In this document: positions 61,503-63,811 of the stretch, piece by piece
Numbering within the stretch: the first letter of the stretch is position 1
Layout: each line of letters starts with the position of its first letter
Assembly (NCBI GenBank): GCA_051294375.1
Contig: CM119270.1
Location: 17,356,077-17,419,887, forward strand
Length of the DNA stretch: 63,811 nucleotides
Direction: 5' to 3'
Source: Paraspadella gotoi
Lineage: Eukaryota; Animalia; Chaetognatha
The notes under the pieces: generated by a model
The model's input: only the letters and a program-made list of their open reading frames with translations
Told to the model about the DNA's origin: nothing
Database searches by the model: none
Translations under genes and position numbers: made by a program

Positions 61503-62511
61503 AATCTGCTTAACATCTTTTTCGCTGCTTAAATAGTTAATGCTTTACTACTAATGACTGTAAAGAAATATATACCGAAATATGACACCCTAGGCTGTAT
61601 CTTTTCCAGAACATCTTAATATATCAAACATGAAGCGCTATCTTCTTTTTTCCCCTTTTGTTCTCACTATCCTTTTTTGCCTTTGTATTATTTTCGTCTT
61701 TTCTCATTTTTTTATTCTGTCTCCGAAAAAAAGATTTATAACGATTCATCTGAATGTTTTGAATTTCCGTTTTTGTTTTATTTTTTATGTTGTTTTCAAT
61801 TTCGTCTCTCTATCTCCTTCTGTCGTTTCGTCGAAAAAGATTTGAGTTTTTTCTTGTTTGTTTTGCTTTGACTTTCGAATAAATTTCTTTCTCTGAATTT
61901 TCTGTCGCCAAAAATCGGTCGACGAAGACAACGACGAAGACGACAACAGCGACAACAACAACAACTCTTTTTAATCGAAGTAAACATCTCGACACGAAAT
62001 AGCCAACCATGTTTAAAAATTCTTTTAACACGTTGACAAAAAAAAACAACATCATTTTCACCAAATCACGAATTTCTTTTACTTATATGAAATTGGCATA
62101 ACCAAAATAAAAATTGCCCATTCATTGTGTTTTTTATCGGTTTCTTTCATTCTAGATTTCGCTTCCTTTCCTGATGAGTTCTGTGTCAGCTGCTTCACCA
62201 TCGCCATTTCTCCTTAACTCACTTCTTTCTAATTCAGTTTACTGACTCAGATTAGATTCTTTAACTCTCCCAAAACCTACTCCAATAGCTTTCCTCAATT
62301 CCAATATTTTTTTTACCATTCTGTTCATTTTAGAATTAAAGTATTAATCTCGCACATATCATCGGAGACATTCTGCTCCAGCTGCCCGATTTATTCTCAA
62401 CCGACTTTCACTCACCCAAGACGTTTTGCTCCACCTGCCTTAATTAATCCTAATTTTCTCTCGCAAAAAATGCTCCGCTCCTGCTACCCATCAGAATTAC
62501 GAAATCCTCAC

Positions 62512-62650
62512 CCAAGACGTTCTGCTCCAGCTGCCTGACTTTGTCCCGATGTCCGGCGATCTGCGACACCAGAGAGTAGGTGAGGTTCTCCAGCCGCCCC
62601 AGCCGCGACTCCAGACGCTCGTCGCTCGACTTCAACGCGGTCGTCGATGC
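62512..62650 (-). CDS. Gene B exon (coiled-coil-like)
   Basis: ASTTALKSSDERLESRLGRLENLTYSLVSQIAGHRDKVRQLEQNVL; donor TGG|GTGAGG; the acceptor is weak (cctcgag). Confidence 0.55.
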
Positions 62651-63438
62651 CTCGAGGTCGCGGAGGGAGGAACGTAGGGAGAGGGAGACGATGGAGGAGA
62701 CTGGAGGGAGGAAAGGGGAGGAAAGGAAGGAAAAGGGAGATGTGCGGAAAGGAAAGAAATCGGGAGGAAATGGAAGAGGAAGGGAGGAGAGGAGGGGAGG
62801 AAAGAGAAAAGGAAAGGAGGGGAAGAGGGGAGGAAATGGAAGAGGAANNNNNNNNNNNNNNNNNNNNNNNNNNNNNNNNNNNNNNNNNNNNNNNNNNNNN
62901 NNNNNNNNNNNNNNNNNNNNNNNNNNNNNNNNNNNNNNNNNNNNNNNNNNNNNNNNNNNNNNNNNNNNNNNNNNNNNNNNNNNNNNNNNNNNNNNNNNNN
63001 NNNNNNNNNNNNNNNNNNNNNNNNNNNNNNNNNNNNNNNNNNNNNNNNNNNNNNNNNNNNNNNNNNNNNNNNNNNNNNNNNNNNNNNNNNNNNNNNNNNN
63101 NNNNNNNNNNNNNNNNNNNNNNNNNNNNNNNNNNNNNNNNNNNNNNNNNNNNNNNNNNNNNNNNNNNNNNNNNNNNNNNGAGAGAAGTCGGGAGGAAATG
63201 GAAGAGGAAGTGAGGAAGGGATAAAAGGGGAGGAGGGGTGGAAAGCGAAAAGGGAGGAAGGAAAAGAGAGAAAAGGAGGAGGAGAGGAAAGGAAGAGGTG
63301 AGAAGCAAATGAGAATTTAGTAGGAAATTTGAGAAATTAGAGAAATTTGGGAGATTTGAGAAATTAATAAAGAATTATGAATTGAAGAGAATTTAAGAAA
63401 TTTAAGAGGAAGACAATTGGACACTAACAACCACTGAC

Positions 63439-63598
63439 CCTCTTTCCCTTGTCGGTTGAGAGTTCGGTTGAGCTGTCGAAATTCGGCGTCGTGTCTGGCC
63501 GACGCCGACCGACAAAATCCAGCCTCGTCTTCTTGGCGTCGGGTGAGACGACGAATCTGAGCGTCGATGTCGGTAGAAGGGCCGGACGCCATCTTGTG
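63439..63598 (-). CDS. Gene B most upstream visible exon
   Basis: Acceptor ccacccag|CAC; HKMASGPSTDIDAQIRRLTRRQEDEAGFCRSASARHDAEFRQLNRTLNRQGKE; donor G|GTCAGT. Its phase does not match the next exon, and an N gap lies between them. Confidence 0.5.
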
Positions 63599-63811
63599 CT
63601 GGGTGGGTAGATGGTGAAGGACTGAGTGTTGAATGGTGTCTCTCTCTCGCTCTCTCTCTCTCTCTCGCTATCTCTCTCTCTCACACACATACACACCAAA
63701 TTTACAGGCAAGTTTTCCTTAAAACATCCGTTCACTGATAGGTACAACTGACGCACTTGATTGCTAAATCCCACGATAATTGTAAAAAATTAATCCAGAG
63801 TTATCAATTGT

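Noticed and set aside
62508-63308. Long ORFs spanning the N gap
   Set aside because: Their length is an artefact of translating Ns.

Overview
AT-rich, microsatellite-rich, intron-containing animal (probably lophotrochozoan, by inference) genomic DNA from an error-prone, gap-filled assembly; there is no CRISPR array or prokaryotic operon. Much of 1-23 kb is near-duplicate copies of the same segments joined by exactly 25-N gaps, most likely assembly artefact. The main gene is not visible in the ORF track. It is a phase-consistent 6-exon + strand gene (25714-48054, 903 aa) encoding a type II membrane protein with a short YSTV tail, one TM helix, a heavily N-glycosylated 18-residue-periodic coiled-coil stalk, and a C-terminal globular domain split by a symmetric phase 1-1 exon encoding a hevein-like (chitin-binding type 1-like) cysteine module. 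It is a candidate stalked glycan/chitin receptor. Its 16-kb intron 2 holds three degenerate tRNA genes (Asn, Ser, Thr), a Penelope-like fragment with a GIY-YIG C-terminus and a minimal hammerhead ribozyme, a TRIM with tRNA-like Pol III boxes in both LTRs, a decayed GC-rich retroelement-like block with a hairpin array, and nested Helentron-type HINEs and MITEs. A second, convergent minus-strand multi-exon gene (about 63598-54457, start possibly outside the window) encodes a modular coiled-coil / Ala-Ser / Glu-Lys-Trp / Ser-Thr-Asp protein.
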